A stretch of 62,999 nucleotides of DNA, filler included, from Rhabdomonas costata (GCA_019059605.1; 40 parts of 40 records of this genome joined end to end with filler, not necessarily neighbours in it); one strand, 5' to 3'. Shown: positions 1 to 14,413, counted from the first letter of the whole stretch. Notes: a model not told the origin generated them from the sequence alone. A program made the numbers and translations.

Positions 1-173
1 TTTGTTTTTTTTTCCAGCCTTGTCGACTTGTGTGGAGCCCATTGCTTCTTTTTGCTTTCCTTTGCCGGGGCCTACTGGGAAAACATCTGCGAGAAAGTGT
101 CCTGCAGTGGCTTTTCTGGTGCGCGCGGTGGAGTGCGGTTGACCGCACCGCTGTGTGATTGCTTGAGAGGACG

Positions 174-408
174 ATGGAGAAGGTGATTCTTCCCACTCCC
201 TTTGAGGCGTTGTACAGCTATGATCCCACGGCGGACTTCCTGGGGAAGGGGCGGTTTGGGCGTGTGTATCGCGTTACTAGCGTGAGGGGCGGGGAGCATT
301 TCGCCGCGAAGGCGGTGCCGCTGACTCAGGACACCCCTCTGGATGAGATTCTGGCGGAATTCCACCTGCTCTCCCACATCCGGCACGAGAACGTTGTGAA
401 GTTTTACG
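174..408 (+). CDS. Ser/Thr protein kinase, first exon (N-lobe)
   Basis: LGKGRFGRVY glycine loop, FAAK lysine, alphaC Glu (LAEFHLL) and HENVVKFY. Homology stops at a GTTTG donor at 409. Confidence 0.88.
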
Positions 409-1478
409 GTTTGTTGTTGTGGTTTTATTGGTGGGGGTGGGGGCGAGGTGGGGTACAATTCACGACGGATATCCGGATCTTCGTGGCTAGACATCACAAC
501 GCGCACACGCAGCAGCAGGGGGCCGCAGCTCGTAAAGGGAAGGGACTGAATAAACCCGAAGAATGGCGCATGGTATCAATGGGCACTGTTTCTCAGACCG
601 GGTGACAAAGGTGTGATAGCCAGGGAAAGCCGCGGCTGCAATACATAACTCAGCATATCAGTTTAAAGGCCACACGTGACGCGATCCAGGGACCCACATG
701 ACGGGCATCTGAAACCCGACGAAGTTATAGTGGCTGTTAGGCGGTACCCCTTGGCACCACTGTGACATAGGGCTCTAGAGATGAGGACTCTGGGATCAGT
801 GGGCTAACTCGGCAGCTACGCAACTCACCAGCGCTGAAGACCTGGTGATCACCAGTACACCGGAAGAGCGAGACGTCACCTGCATTCCAGTTAATCGCGC
901 TCTCTCCAGCGGAAAAAATGAGACAGTTTTAGAAAAGCAAATTTGCACAAACCTACACACGCGCACAGGTTGGTGTTCAGTGGGTGTGCTCCCAGGGACC
1001 GATGCATCAGCTCCAGCGCACAAGGTGCTCATCACAGTCGCCCGCACTTACAAATGGCATCGGCCAGAGAGGAAGACGCTGGAGGAGGAACGGCAAACCT
1101 GTTTCTGTGCCCCCAGATCACGTTGTACGCACGATGCGGAGTGGTCTACCCTTGCTTATCGCTGTTTTATAGGTTTAGTTCTAGTCCTTTGTGAAACGAT
1201 ACCCAATCCGGGGTTTGTTTTTAAAGTACGTTACACCGTCAACTCAGAACGTCCACTTCCACTTTACTGACAAAACAGCAACAATCGAAAACTCCCTATT
1301 AGACCTACGCGGTCTTTTGAGGTGCCCCAGACACGTCACATCTAGCCTTTTAAACAACCTTTAACTGCACGTACCCCTCAAGATTCCGAAAATCTCTCGC
1401 CTTCGGCGCCAATGGACCAAAAGCAGATGGTTCTTGAAATAAAAGTGGACAAAAGGGCAAGTAACGCCACGTGACCAA

Positions 1479-1578
1479 NNNNNNNNNNNNNNNNNNNNNN
1501 NNNNNNNNNNNNNNNNNNNNNNTTAATTAATTAANNNNNNNNNNNNNNNNNNNNNNNNNNNNNNNNNNNNNNNNNNNN
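1479..1578. other. Artificial contig spacer (first of 39 identical spacers, one every ~1578 bp)
   Basis: 44 N + TTAATTAATTAA (stop in all six frames) + 44 N. Flanking contigs are all 1475-1479 bp, consistent with a length-sorted concatenation. Confidence 0.98.
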
Positions 1579-4500
1579 GTGGTGGAGGATCGGCACAGGT
1601 TGCTCAACTTCACATACTGAGGTGTTATCGCGTTGTGGTGGAGCGAGCAGTGTCATCAGGCCACATGTTGGCCAAGTTGGTGTGATCCCATTCATCCAGA
1701 GACACAACACTATAGCGTACATGCCATGGTAGGAACGTAGGGGCATGGTTAACCTATCACTACTACTCTGTGTGTTAGAATATGGTGTTGAGGTAGGGCG
1801 TAGGGTGTTGGTACCAATATGTATGCTGCCGATGTACAGTGTGGTAACCTGGGTGTGTCATCCCGTACCCAACCTCAATGTCATGTGGTGGTAGTGGCAT
1901 CGGTGTACCTTACGTTAGTCTGTGCGTAGGTTAGGTCATGCTGTTATCATCCGCTGGTTGTCATGTGCAGCGTACCTCATTCGTTGGTGGTTATGCATCG
2001 AGTGGTTAGGCATCGGCTGTCTACCACACTGTGTGTGATCCTACCGATACTACCGTTGAAGCGACGTTGTTTGTGATCATCAGGTGGTCGTTGCGATGTT
2101 GGCAACCCAGCGAAAGCCCAACATCATACCCAGTCACAACAAAGCAAACCATTAGTCTGTGTGGTGCACATTTGCTACGCTCATGTTCCCCCTAGGTTGT
2201 CACACTCGGTCGCGTTGCTCACTCATGTTCATCCCGACTTCACATTCACTCCTTGCTACGCTCCTGTTCCTCTGCACTTGATCTGTGGTACCAAAAGGTC
2301 TTGGAGCAGCACAAAGGACGAATCCCCAGATTCTCACACCGACCCACCAAGTAATGCGGAGGAATTTCCACAGCTATGCCTGCAGGTGTTGAGTTTTTAC
2401 CTTACTTTTCTTTTGCAATGAGTGCTCGTGATAAGGTGATGTTTTCCACACTGGCACACAAGCATTGGAACTTAACTGATGTCCATATCATGTCAGTATG
2501 AGTATTAAGACACTTTTCCACTCACACATCATCACATTCAGCGGAAAAATGCCCATTAAGACGATGCACAAGCGCCTCCAGGCCCACCCACGACACCTGG
2601 CTTCTTCCCGCTGTACCACGCCAAGACGAACAACATCCCACCATGGAGGGTGTCTACGACCGACATTGCATCCGCAGCAGCAGTCGCATCAGAACACGTT
2701 AAACCAGTCTTCTAGCCCATTATCGTGACTACTGACATGAATAAAGCCAAATTCCGTATCAAAGCATTTGTGGCACCTACAAACAACCGGTCAGTGTGCC
2801 CATTACCACCAAGTGGACTCACCTCCTCCACCTTTTCCCCGAAGACTGCAGTTAGTCCGCAGGATAACTTTCACTCTCTGCTGACACATGCACAACATTT
2901 CTCCACGTGTCCTGGTTGTTGCCTCGCCTCAGCGTGTGATCCGGCAAGTCACACGAGCAGCAGGTACCAGCGATGTAGCTGGACATTGAACAGAAGGCCC
3001 AACCATTCTCTACCCTCCATCTTCCGTCACGAAACCTCAGAAGATGGCACCACCACANNNNNNNNNNNNNNNNNNNNNNNNNNNNNNNNNNNNNNNNNNN
3101 NTTAATTAATTAANNNNNNNNNNNNNNNNNNNNNNNNNNNNNNNNNNNNNNNNNNNNTGTTGGTTGTTTTGCCCGAATGCCGAATCACGCCTATTTTGTT
3201 ACATGCTCTTTCGTGTGCGACGTTGCATGTCCCTTTGGCGGTTCCTTACGTGCTCGAAGCACGTGTGTATTAGTTTTTCCTGCGGTTTCCTGCGGTATTG
3301 TTGGTTTAGCACTTGGGCACTTTCCATGGTGGGTTTCCCCTTCTCACCTTCGGCGGGACACGGGCCAAACCATTGGGTGTTAATGACAGGAGGAATCTTC
3401 TCCTTTCTCTCCTTTTTGGCACAGCTTCATTCTGCCCTCTGCCGTTCTGCCTTCAGATTGCCGAAGCACCTGTGGGGTTCTCTGCTGACCGCCGGGGCCT
3501 CAGGCAGGCAGCGCGCCGTGGAGTCGATTCTCGCTCAGCTTCGGAGAGTAGGGGAGGCCCGTCGCATGGTACCTCACTCCTCTGTGCATCACCCCACCCT
3601 CACCCTCCCGTTCCAACCGTTGAGGTGTGGTCCCCTCCATCGTTTCTCGAGCCCCGAGAAATGCCAGTCGACTCACACGAGGAAGATACGTTGCAGCGCC
3701 TGGCGCACGTGCCCCGTAATTTGTGGTGAATCTGTGGGCCCCTGGCCTTGTTTCGATCGTATTTGCTTAGTGCCCTCATTTTCCCACTCAAATGAGAAGC
3801 CAGCGATGCGGCCACAGATGGGCACTGAGGGCGATTAGGGATGGTATCGTCCATGTGGTGAATCATGGCGGGTGGCTGCGGAATGCGGAATGTGGTGTGG
3901 GGTTTTCTGTTGCCTTCGTGTGCAGCTTCGTCACCTCTTCGGTTTCGGGGATGATGTGCTGAGGGAGCCGAGCGTTCCATGCCCACAATTCCCGATTTCG
4001 GGTGTGACTTGCCGCTGCTATTCTTTTGCGGTTATCAGTGTGAGCAGTTTTGGTTGTGCCTCGCTCTGCGGTGTGGTTTTTGTACGGTTTTGAGCAGCAG
4101 AAACGGGAATAGGGATGCCGCTTACCCAAGTTGAGCGCTCCTTCCAATGCGCTTCCATTTATGGTATTGAGGTGTTTTTTGCTCGCGTCTGTGGCGGTGT
4201 TTGAGGTGATGGGTCGGGTTGAATTTTGTGGCGCATGCGTTGCTCCTTGTCGCCGGGCGGCTGCTCTCTGCTCCAAGATTATTAGTGTGCCGATAAATTG
4301 CTGAGCTATCGACCTCTGCTCCAAAGCCGCGGCGGAACAAGAAGCTTCCCTCTCTGGTTCGTTATGATGGGTTGTTTCTGTGGCGGATCACAACGCGCTC
4401 TAAATAGCAGTCCCAGGGCGGTGCCACAACCCCCACTCTCTTGCCCTCCAATCCATACGGCTGCCTTCTTCTCTGCTCACAGCTTCGCAGTCCTTGCTCA

Positions 4501-4814
4501 GTTCTCAAGACAATCAAGACAAAGTGACCACTGCTGTCGGGTTTCTGGGGCCACTCCCTCGGTGCCTCATGTCTCCTCACACCCTCCCTCCACTGCGGAA
4601 GGCCTGCTCCACCCCCCACCCAAACACACCCACCACNNNNNNNNNNNNNNNNNNNNNNNNNNNNNNNNNNNNNNNNNNNNTTAATTAATTAANNNNNNNN
4701 NNNNNNNNNNNNNNNNNNNNNNNNNNNNNNNNNNNNGGGGGGTTTTTTCTGGCTTGAAGGCAGTCCTGTCCTAACCTTTGCAGTGCTGTGGAATGGAGCT
4801 TTTCTTTTTTTCAG

Positions 4815-6214
4815 GGCCGCACCCTCTTAGCGTTGCTCTGGGTGGCCACGGAAAGCTTGCAGAGTGCCTTACTCGGGCTCTGCTTTCGGCCCTGCTGGTG
4901 AGCGGGGACAGCCAGGCTCAGCAAGTGAGCTCCCTCCCTCCCTCCCTCCTTCCTTCCTTCCTTCCTTCCTTATCCGGCACTTGTGTGATTCGACATCTTA
5001 GTACCCTGCAGCACCAGTTAGTCTTCATTTTGCCCACACTCCCTTCTCGTTCTTCACACATAATACATTGCCTCCCAACATTTCGAATTGGGAGGTTTCA
5101 CATCCTTTTGCCAATGAAAGGGTCGCCGTTCTTGTTCGCACGTTTGCTGTTCGGGCGGCGTGTGTGTGTGTGTGTGTGTGTGCGATTTTGCGATGAGAAG
5201 TGAGTTTTCCTTTTGTTTTGTCTTTGCAGAACAGTATCAGAATATTCAGCAATATCTTGTCTTGCAGGCCTTCAACCGGTGGAAGTGGTCTCTTTCCTTA
5301 TTGGGAGGTTGCAGTTCCTTTGTGTTCTCGCAATACAATCCTGAACATATGTATGTGGTGGGCGCAGCTTTTCCCAAGGGTTCTGGAGGTCCTCTCGGAC
5401 AGTGTGGAGGCCCGGAAGGCCTTCCAGAGGCTGGCACCTCATGTTCCCCCGGCGCTTCTGGTGCCCTGGGTGGCGCAAGTCTTCGCCCACTGCACCGGGG
5501 CAGCCGCTGGGGTGCTACTGCAGGTGCTGTGCCGGCTGGCTCGGCACTTCCCCCAGAAGCTGTACTACCCCTGCAGCGTGTGCTGGGCTGAGGCTCTCCC
5601 CAGGCTGCCGCGGTGTGCGGGATCCGAGGGAGGGGGTACAAAGACGGATCCTGGGTCCGATTTTCAGCACTTTCAACTCAGCTTGGACTGGTTGTTGTTA
5701 GTTGTAGGACGGCGGGCCGTTGAAACCAGAGAGGAGAGCATCTAAGGGACAGTTGCATTGGATAGGGTAGGGTCTGAGCAAAATTTTACAGACGCTACCT
5801 GGAGAAGGCTGAAGAAACAAAGGCAAGCGCGAGCAGCACTCCTTCCCACACCTGTTTTCCATCGCTCCTTGCTTCATGTACCTGTGTCCGCAAGCACTGC
5901 TCTCTTCTGCAATCCCATGACGAGACATAAAACGTAGGTGGACGAAATCGCAGACAGACAGCACGTCCTCCTCCTCGATTTAGATCCATTTCAATCGATT
6001 TTAAACCATTTCCATTTCACCATCACCACCACCCTTCTCCTTGTTGACATTGTCTCTGCAGGACGGCTGAGGTTGAGGAGCTGAGGTGCCGCCTTGAGCG
6101 CATCTTGCAGAAGCCGCAGCAGCAGCTGCAGCCCTTTGTGCGGGCCCTGGAGTTGCTTCGGTACCCCGAGCTGAAGTTTCGGGACTTCTTCTGTGTGCTT
6201 CGCCACCCAACACC
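4815..6214 (+). CDS. PRKDC: DNA-dependent protein kinase catalytic subunit, FAT-domain region (3 exons: ~4815-4924, 5368-5612, 6062-contig end)
   Basis: In-phase GT-AG splicing gives LLSALLVSGDSQAQQ|LFPRVLEVL..VPWVAQV..HFPQKLYYP..|FVRALELLRYPELKFRDF. This is collinear with DNA-PKcs ARLKFPRLLQII..YPQAIVYP..FINALDQLSNPELLFKDW. Confidence 0.85.
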
Positions 6215-7995
6215 NNNNNNNNNNNNNNNNNNNNNNNNNNNNNNNNNNNNNNNNNNNNTTAATTAATTAANNNNNNNNNNNNNNNNNNNNNNNNNNNNNN
6301 NNNNNNNNNNNNNNCCAACACACCGGCACCTGCGCTCGGTTGTCTTCACTTTTCTGAATGGTGAGCCGAGCAAGGGTTGTGACCTGACACACTGCTACCT
6401 GTTTCACTCTGCCCCTTGGTTTCAGTTCGCACAGTGGCACCTACTCCCCCTCCGCCGTGGTGCGTGTGAGACAAAGTGACTTATCAGTTGCTTCTTTTGT
6501 ATGTGTGTGTAGTCCTTGTTGCTCTTGTTGCAAACAGAAAGGAGAAGACCTTTGTGCCAGCCCGTGTCAGCTCATGTTGCTCACCTCCTATATCTTCGCA
6601 GAGTTTGCCTCGAGGAGGTGGCAGATTTCGGGCGCCAGCGCGGTAAAGCTGAAGCAGTGGGTCTGGCGGGTGTGGCAACTGTTCCATGCTTTTTTTTGGT
6701 CGTTTGGGTGAGGTAATCGCTGAGACGATCGCCTCCATTTGCCGCACCTCTTTTCCTGAGTGATTCTTGGAAAGGCCCCATACGTCACTTTTACTCTAGC
6801 AACGCCTCGTAGCGTGACGTTTGCCCTCGGACGTTTGCGGTGTTTTGGCTCTTTTGTATTTTGAGGAGGATTCTTCCAGTGCGGTTCCCATGGGAACATT
6901 GAGACCTTTCTTTGCGTGGTTTGTCTTCGTGTCGGTGGGTTTGTGCATATGTGTGGGTTTGTGCGGGACAGACGGAGGCCCGAATGAGGGGAGGTGGGCA
7001 CCAGCCCTGGCTCCCGGCCTGCCTTACCCCGAGTTTGGTCTGCCCCACGGACCACGACCAGGAGGTCTCCGAGATCCTCTCCAGCGGACGGGGGGAGACC
7101 CCCCACACTGAGGCCCTGGAGGGCGCTGCGGCGCTTGCCACTGCTCCCTCCACCTCCCCGCCTGTCGCACCACTTCGCGATCCTCTCCTCTCCGCCCGCA
7201 GTGAGGCCTCGCAGCGCTCCCCACCAAAGGTGAAGGGTGCCCAAGGGGTAACTAGTTAGGGGACTTGGGTTTTTTTTTTCGTATTGCGGAAAGACTTCCA
7301 AAACCGTTTGCTATTCCTGTTATGGTGGTTTGTGTGTAGGAGATTGCCTCGGATCGTCAGCAGGGTTGCAGCGGGGCTGCCCGGATCCCTTTCGCCGTGC
7401 TGCCACGGTCGCCGTGCAGGGTAGCCAAGCCCCCAGCTCAGGCACGTGACTGTCTCTGTCGGCCCGCTCGTTGCTCCGCTGCCAAGTAGAAAAATTGGGT
7501 GAAACATAGAGGCCGCCACATTGCTTGAGTACAGCAATAGAGACAAAGTTTGCATGCGTGAAGGTAGTGATGTGGTGCGCGGAAATTGCATGTTTCGCAT
7601 AATTTCGTGTGTGGGTTTTCTGGACCCTTCGCTAGTTTCAAACAGGAAAACTAAAAAAGACTCCACGAATTGGGCAAGCAACAATATACACACTGCGCTG
7701 ATCCCTTTTTGCTCCCGATAGTTTTCCACTGTAGCAACGAATTTTCGGTGCCGGCGAACCTCACATGAATGTAACAGCATCAAAAACCCCCCNNNNNNNN
7801 NNNNNNNNNNNNNNNNNNNNNNNNNNNNNNNNNNNNTTAATTAATTAANNNNNNNNNNNNNNNNNNNNNNNNNNNNNNNNNNNNNNNNNNNNGAAAGGGG
7901 CAAAATACGTGCTGAAATTCGAATTTTCCCTGACAAGCATTTTGCTTTTGCGTGATTCGCATGGCTGTGACGGGGAGGAGGGGGATATACGCAAC

Positions 7996-8459
7996 CGTGG
8001 ATGTATCTTGTCAGTCTCCTATATTGTTGAGCTCGAGGTCCAATAGGGAAAGGCAATATGCTCTCCGGTGCTTGTTCCCGGAGCTTCTTGTCCAATCGGT
8101 ACAACCGGTCCAGTCTTTTCCAATCCGGCTGGGCTTGACCATTCGCCCAGGGAGAGACCGCGTTGTTTTGCTGTCGTGGGTGCTTCCACTGCAGCACAGC
8201 TTCGAAAACCTCTCTTAGGGATATCGGAGGAGGCGCACTCACAGCACTGGTCGAGGGCAGCCTCAAGCCTCCTTCAGGGGGCTCGGCTGAACCGAAGCAC
8301 AGTGTTGTGGAGGACAGTGAAGGCCCCTGGTGATCACAAGAGATGGATTCGAGGTGCAGGTTGGAGCCGGCTTTTCGTTCTTCCTCATCCTTCCGACCCG
8401 TTTTTTTTGCTTTTACTCCGTCGGCACTCAGCTCACTTGCCCGATTTCTGACCTTCTTC
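7996..8459 (-). CDS. Hypothetical protein, probable internal exon
   Basis: Open frame of ~155 codons bounded by a candidate AG acceptor and a GTTGC donor. No family recognised. Confidence 0.3.
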
Positions 8460-9652
8460 CTCAAAAACTCAAAGTTGTTTCATACAAAAAACCACTAACC
8501 CCAGAAAACCAGAGCTCGGACCGGTTTTGTCAGCTCTCACTGTTGACGGTGTGCAACGATGTGCCTTCTTGCAACTCCTCACCCGCCGACGCTTCTCGTA
8601 GGACTGTGCAAATGAGTTGTCCTGATATTTCGGTTGGGTTTGATGCGCTGTTTTAAAAGCGCTGGGAGAAGGATCTGAAGAGATGGAGAGCTCCGCCGAA
8701 ACCACACAGGGGAGTTGGAAGCGGAGAAGCTGATGGCCGCTGCTTTGCGTGCGGCGACCTCGGCGCCGTTCAAGGGAATGATGCTCACGGACACCTTTGA
8801 CGTAACATACGCCTTCCACTTCAACCACAAGGTGGAGTTGAATTGCTGGGTGGGGGTTGAGGCGTGGGATGGGCTTTCTGCACCAACTTTTGGAACGCGA
8901 CTGCGCGACTGCCGTGCTCATTTTCACTCCGTCCCACAACACCATCCCACAGGGCTGAAAGAACGCTGTTTGTGTTTTAGAAAGTTGATCCGGACAGGAC
9001 GAAAACGCTTCGCAGAATCTCTGTCACAATACCGAAAGCAGAGGTTCTTTCTCAGTACCAGGCCATGTTTCGGAGTTAGAATTTGGAGAAGCCCACCTGG
9101 GCAACCCGCAACGAAAAATGAAAACCGTTTAATATTGCCTGCGTCACCTCATTCAGAACCGATTTTTTTTGCTCTAAATCGGACGTAGGAGCTAAAAGGA
9201 AGTAGCGAAAAAAAAAAGAACTTTTGCCTGAAGTTGAGGTGTATTCGCTTCTTTCGGGTCTGTTCTTTATCTGCCCCTGCTTCCTGCTTTTGAGATGATG
9301 CTCGCAAATTCCGACAAACGGGTGTGGGCTGCACTTCCCAGGGCGGTCACCACTACTCCTTGGACCCTTTNNNNNNNNNNNNNNNNNNNNNNNNNNNNNN
9401 NNNNNNNNNNNNNNTTAATTAATTAANNNNNNNNNNNNNNNNNNNNNNNNNNNNNNNNNNNNNNNNNNNNGGGTGGGTGGGTGGAGGTCTTTTCTGCCTC
9501 CAGTGGGCTTCCGAACATTCTCCCGCAGCCTGGCCGCTTCTCAAGGTGCGGTTCACCCCCCCCCGCTGCTGGGACGCCAGAAAAGCCTGTGGTCTTGGAA
9601 ATGGTCGGATACAGCATGGGCACGAGAAGTACTCAGGCTGCAGTCTCCGCAC

Positions 9653-10133
9653 CTTGACAATTTTGTCGCAAAGCGCGGCCATGGTTTCCGCCTTGGTGCA
9701 GTCCGCCTCATAGGAGTGAGCGGTGCCTCCAACAGAACGAATGCCCGACTCCACGCCCGGCAACGTCCCGTCAGGAAGAGCCACGAGAACCACCTTTGCC
9801 CCTGTGCAAATGAAAATTGCAAGAACCCCTTACACTCGGTCATAACAAGAATGTGTGGCCACACATAACCTAACCCATTGACCCAACTCATTGACACGAT
9901 GTGCGGTATAGTTTGGCCTCAGCCGCTACCTCCTCTCCAGAGGGCTTGGCTTTTGGTCCCACACAGAAGTACAGCATCTCCCACAGCAGCAGCAGCAGCA
10001 GGGGAGATAGAACTCATTGGGAGAAAAGAATTATCTTGCAATTTGTTGCAGTATTTTTTAGCCAAAAAAAAATGGGGGAAGGCACGTGCCGCATCTTTCG
10101 GTTTTACAATACTTTGTAATTGCTAAAAAAAAA

Positions 10134-10193
<60 letters not shown>

Positions 10194-10515
10194 CTGGCCC
10201 TGACACGTATGGTCCAATCCAAGTACCAATACCACCTTTCTTGGAAGCTCCTGCTGATTGCAAGTGTCCCGTCATCCATATCCCCCGCATCCATCCGCAT
10301 CCACGTGTGGTAGGGACAGTAGCTTGACACCTTCCTCCTTCCACACCTTTGGCAGCCAGCAACTCTGCCGTGCACTTGCCAATGCCACTGGAAGCCCCAG
10401 TAATCAGCGCAAGTTTACCGTCCACGGGGTAGTGCTTGGGGTAGAAGTTCTGGTACGCCGCGTGAGCCACACCCAGGCCCACAACCACGCCCATGACCCG
10501 GGTAAACTTTCCCAT
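9653..10515 (-). CDS. Short-chain dehydrogenase/reductase with N-terminal hydrophobic anchor (exons 10515-10347, 9801-9653)
   Basis: LALITGASSGIG Rossmann motif. A phase-1 GTGTG..CAG intron joins LAAK-G-AKVVLVA..SYEADCT; the next donor is GTGCG at 9652. Confidence 0.9.
10133..10192 (+). repeat. (AAAG)15 microsatellite in SDR intron 1
   Basis: Perfect tandem array preceded by an A run. Confidence 0.95.
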
Positions 10516-12309
10516 TGGGATGCACTGAAAAGGGGTGGGCGACTCAGAAACGGTGCACAAACTCCAAATGGATTTGCGTAAAAGCCACGAAAATCGCGCC
10601 GCTGAAGCGCGGTTCGGTTCTGAAAATGAAATCGAAATGCAAAGGGCGATAATCACAAGTGAGCATCTTGTATGGCAACACAGCGACCTGACAATGCATG
10701 CACAAGAAGGCCTCCTTCCTCGTTCGGATGTGCCATCAGCCAAGCACTTTGGTGGGTTCCTTTGAGCCAAAGCGTTCCTATATAAAGCTGGGTGGCCGCG
10801 GGCATTTTGACACTGAAAGAGGTAGCCGTTGCGGCGTTAAGTTCATCTTTCCTTGGAGGGCTTTGAGTCTTGGAGGTTGAAGACGGTGCCAAGGGGAGCC
10901 ATGTATGAATTTGACTTTCGACACTTTCGACCAATTGTCCCACCCCAACNNNNNNNNNNNNNNNNNNNNNNNNNNNNNNNNNNNNNNNNNNNNTTAATTA
11001 ATTAANNNNNNNNNNNNNNNNNNNNNNNNNNNNNNNNNNNNNNNNNNNNCAAGTTTTTACACACTCTTCTCCCATCCCTCAATCCCGTATTTTCCTAATT
11101 CCGAAGTGGAACGTGGAGCCTGTTTGATTGCTTCATCGTCATTGTCGCCGTCTCCACAAAGCCAGTGAAGTAGGTAATGTAGAACGCACAGCTGGACGCC
11201 TAAGGCAGGCCCTTCCCCGCTCCATTTCCCGTTTTGTATTTCAGGCTTGGGCCGACAAGGCGGCGAGCTCCCGGGGGAGGTTCCGGGGTGTGGCGGGCAC
11301 CACGGGGGGCCTGCCCACGCAGCAGACCCGTGGCCCTTCTACGGGGGTGGGCTTCCAGGCGGGCCGTGGGAAGCCCCTGTAAGGGAGAGAGCTTACAATG
11401 GCCCTAACCAAAATGAGAGATAAAAAAGCTAGCCAATGGGCTCTCCCAGAGTCGGTCAGAGGTTCACCATAAATGCAACTCCCCGTTTTGTTGGGGGGTT
11501 GGGTGGATGGGGTTGGGTTAAGTTGGGCTGAGTTCGTTTCCTGTGCGGTGTGGCTTTCCGGTGTTCTGTTTTCTTCTGTGGCGGCGCGGTGGTGTGCACT
11601 GTCTTCCTTGCGGGCATGGCATTCCCGTTGTCTGCCACAGATTCGGACGTATCTTTGCCTTCCTGACCTCTAATTTCCCTGGCTTTTGGCCCTTAGGGTT
11701 TTGTGTCGCGTGTATTAGCGAGGGACAACGTGCTGCTGCTGCTTGAGGTGGGTTTTTTCTGACCAAACTGAAGATATCCTTTCATCTTGCATATCATCCA
11801 TTTGGCCGTGGACACTGCTCTTATCCATCCATTTACCAAGCCGTAACACTGACGATTTTAGCTGGACGTTCTTTACTTATATTTGTCACATTAGGGGCAA
11901 AAAAAATTTGTGCGGTGCCGAGCTTCCATTTTCTTGTGTCCCATTTCCAAAAGAAAAAAAAACACGGAAATTATTGTGTGTGCAGGCGCATGGTGCATGG
12001 TGCATCTCGGATCTTCAGTTGAGACATTTTTGTCCCGTCATTATTATAGTGGTGAAATTCCCGCCTCTTCTGCGATGGCACCCTCGGTGTGTGAGGAAGT
12101 TAGGGATAGTGAGCGTGTGCGCATCTGAACGATGAACGCGAAGGTTTTACCGGCGCAGGCCGTGCCTTTCTCCCTCTGCTGGGCCTTTTCCTACGCTCTG
12201 CATAGTACCCGGGTGTGCATAGTACCCAGTGCCACGGCAGACCCACGGAATCCTACCGTTGTGTCCTCTGCCGCACGGGTAACGCTATTGCGCGCAACCA
12301 TTAAGTGGG

Positions 12310-12527
12310 CTTTGTGTTTGCGCATATGAGTGTGAGGTGTGAGTGAGTGCGTGTGTGTGTGTGTGCGTGTGTGCAGGTTGTGGGTTTTGTTGGGCGTCGT
12401 GGTTCTGTAAGGCTGTTCTGTGCCCTGCCAGCCAGCCATTCCTCCCCCCCTCCCCACAACCTGCACACACGCACACACACACACACGCACTCACTCACAC
12501 CTCACACTCATATGCGCAAACACAAAG
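12310..12527. repeat. 75-bp inverted repeat reaching the contig end
   Basis: 12310-12384 is the reverse complement of 12453-12527. Confidence 0.92.
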
Positions 12528-14413
12528 NNNNNNNNNNNNNNNNNNNNNNNNNNNNNNNNNNNNNNNNNNNNTTAATTAATTAANNNNNNNNNNNNNNNNN
12601 NNNNNNNNNNNNNNNNNNNNNNNNNNNTGGTTTCACAGGAGATGAAGGCAGCGCGCGAATACCACGTTTTTTTCCTTTCCTTCTCTTCCCCCGCGCAATA
12701 TATTGTTAGCTCGTTCGCTTATGCCCCTTTGTGTGGTTAGATCTCGTTGCCCGCATTGTTTTGACGGAAAAGCCCCCTCCGTTGTTGCCAAAACCGCTTC
12801 CACGATGAGCAGGACGGGAGCTCAAAAGCATGCGCTTTGTCTCCAGATCTTTTGTGCTTGCCGCCCCTCAGTCGGAGCGCGTCGCCTATGACAGCCAAAA
12901 TCTACCGGATGTCTTTGAGAAGGGCAACACGAAGCACTGTAATGTAGAGGGCGCCTTTGTCCACACATTTGCGAGAGTCGATACCCATTAAAGTACTCCG
13001 GCTCACAAAGTTCTGAAAGGAATGGCCGGGAAAGATCGCAGAAAATGGACAGCGGAACCGGGCGCTGGCGCTCACCAGAAAAACACACGACGGCTCGACA
13101 GAAAGACCACTTCCCGCCCTTTTTCTTCCCATCCGGATACCACCGCCTTCAGCTATACCCCTTCCGAAACAAAATAGCTTTGTTGGCAAAAGAGGCCCTT
13201 TCAAAATTGATATTTAGATTTTGCCCTAAAGATCATCGGACTTACGTTTTCGTGTGGGCGTGGTTTTTTTTGGTTTTCACAAGTTCGAAGGAGAAACTTT
13301 TCGTTAGGAATGCGGTCAAATTTGAATTCGAATGAAAGAAAGAAGTGGGTTCAAAAGCGATAGTGGTGGAAAGATGCGGTGCTGAGGCGCTTTGATTGGA
13401 AAGAAGCAAATGGCTTGAAAAGGGAGCTTTGTAAATGGATGGGGCCCTGTTTTGATGATGGCGCTTTTGATGGTAAACCAGGCGGCTGTATGTGTAGGCA
13501 TAGCGAAAGCGAAGTGGTTTCGGCGGATAGGCTGCCGGTTGGTTGCTAGCGAGAAGAAGAACCGGCCCCGCCTACCGCACCAGGTGTGGTCTTTTCTGTT
13601 TGCGCAAGTCTTGCGTCCTGTGGACCGTGTGCTGGCGGGCAAACTCACACGGCGAGCTCGGCAACTTCACCCGCGGCTGCGCAAGCTGTGCGCTTTGCCG
13701 CCGCTTGTGTTTCTTTAAAGGTGCTGATGAAGCTCCGTGTGAAAGTGAATGAAGCGCTGATAGGCCTGCAATATGTTCGGCTGGCACAGCAATTCTTGGA
13801 GCCCACGCAACTACCACGTGGAAACACTTCCACGTGCCACTACCAGCCCTACTCTCGTCGCATGCTGTCGTCATTCGTCGCAGCACTAGACGGTGCTGGA
13901 CAGTTGGTTTCTCGGGTGGGCAAAAGTTGACTAATTTTAAAAAAGAAACGTGACTGCATTGAGGGATTCGGTTTTCAAGATCTTTGGACTAGTCTTATGT
14001 GAGAGTGTTCTTTTTGTTTTGCTTGCTTTGTTGTTCTTCGTTCATAAGGTAGCAAGGAAAAGCACCGAGGCAAATGTCCAGAAGATCAGATAGAATAGTT
14101 AGATTNNNNNNNNNNNNNNNNNNNNNNNNNNNNNNNNNNNNNNNNNNNNTTAATTAATTAANNNNNNNNNNNNNNNNNNNNNNNNNNNNNNNNNNNNNNN
14201 NNNNNGGGTGGGTGCGCAGCTTTCGTGTCGTGTCCCCCAGCAGTCACTATTCCCCGGAGCTTTTCGAAATATTCTCACTTTTCCGCCCCTTGTCAATTAT
14301 TATTTGAAAGGGTTTGTGTGTGTGGTGAACTAGCCACCACACCTCGAACTGCACTGAGATGGGGGAGGGAGCAGTGCTTTGTTTTGCAGCTGCAGTGTCT
14401 TGCGTGGTGGTAG

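Noticed and set aside
1579-3057. ORFs in this contig and most other short overlapping ORF-track calls
   Set aside because: No motifs or splice support; many are antisense shadows, microsatellite translations or run into N spacers.
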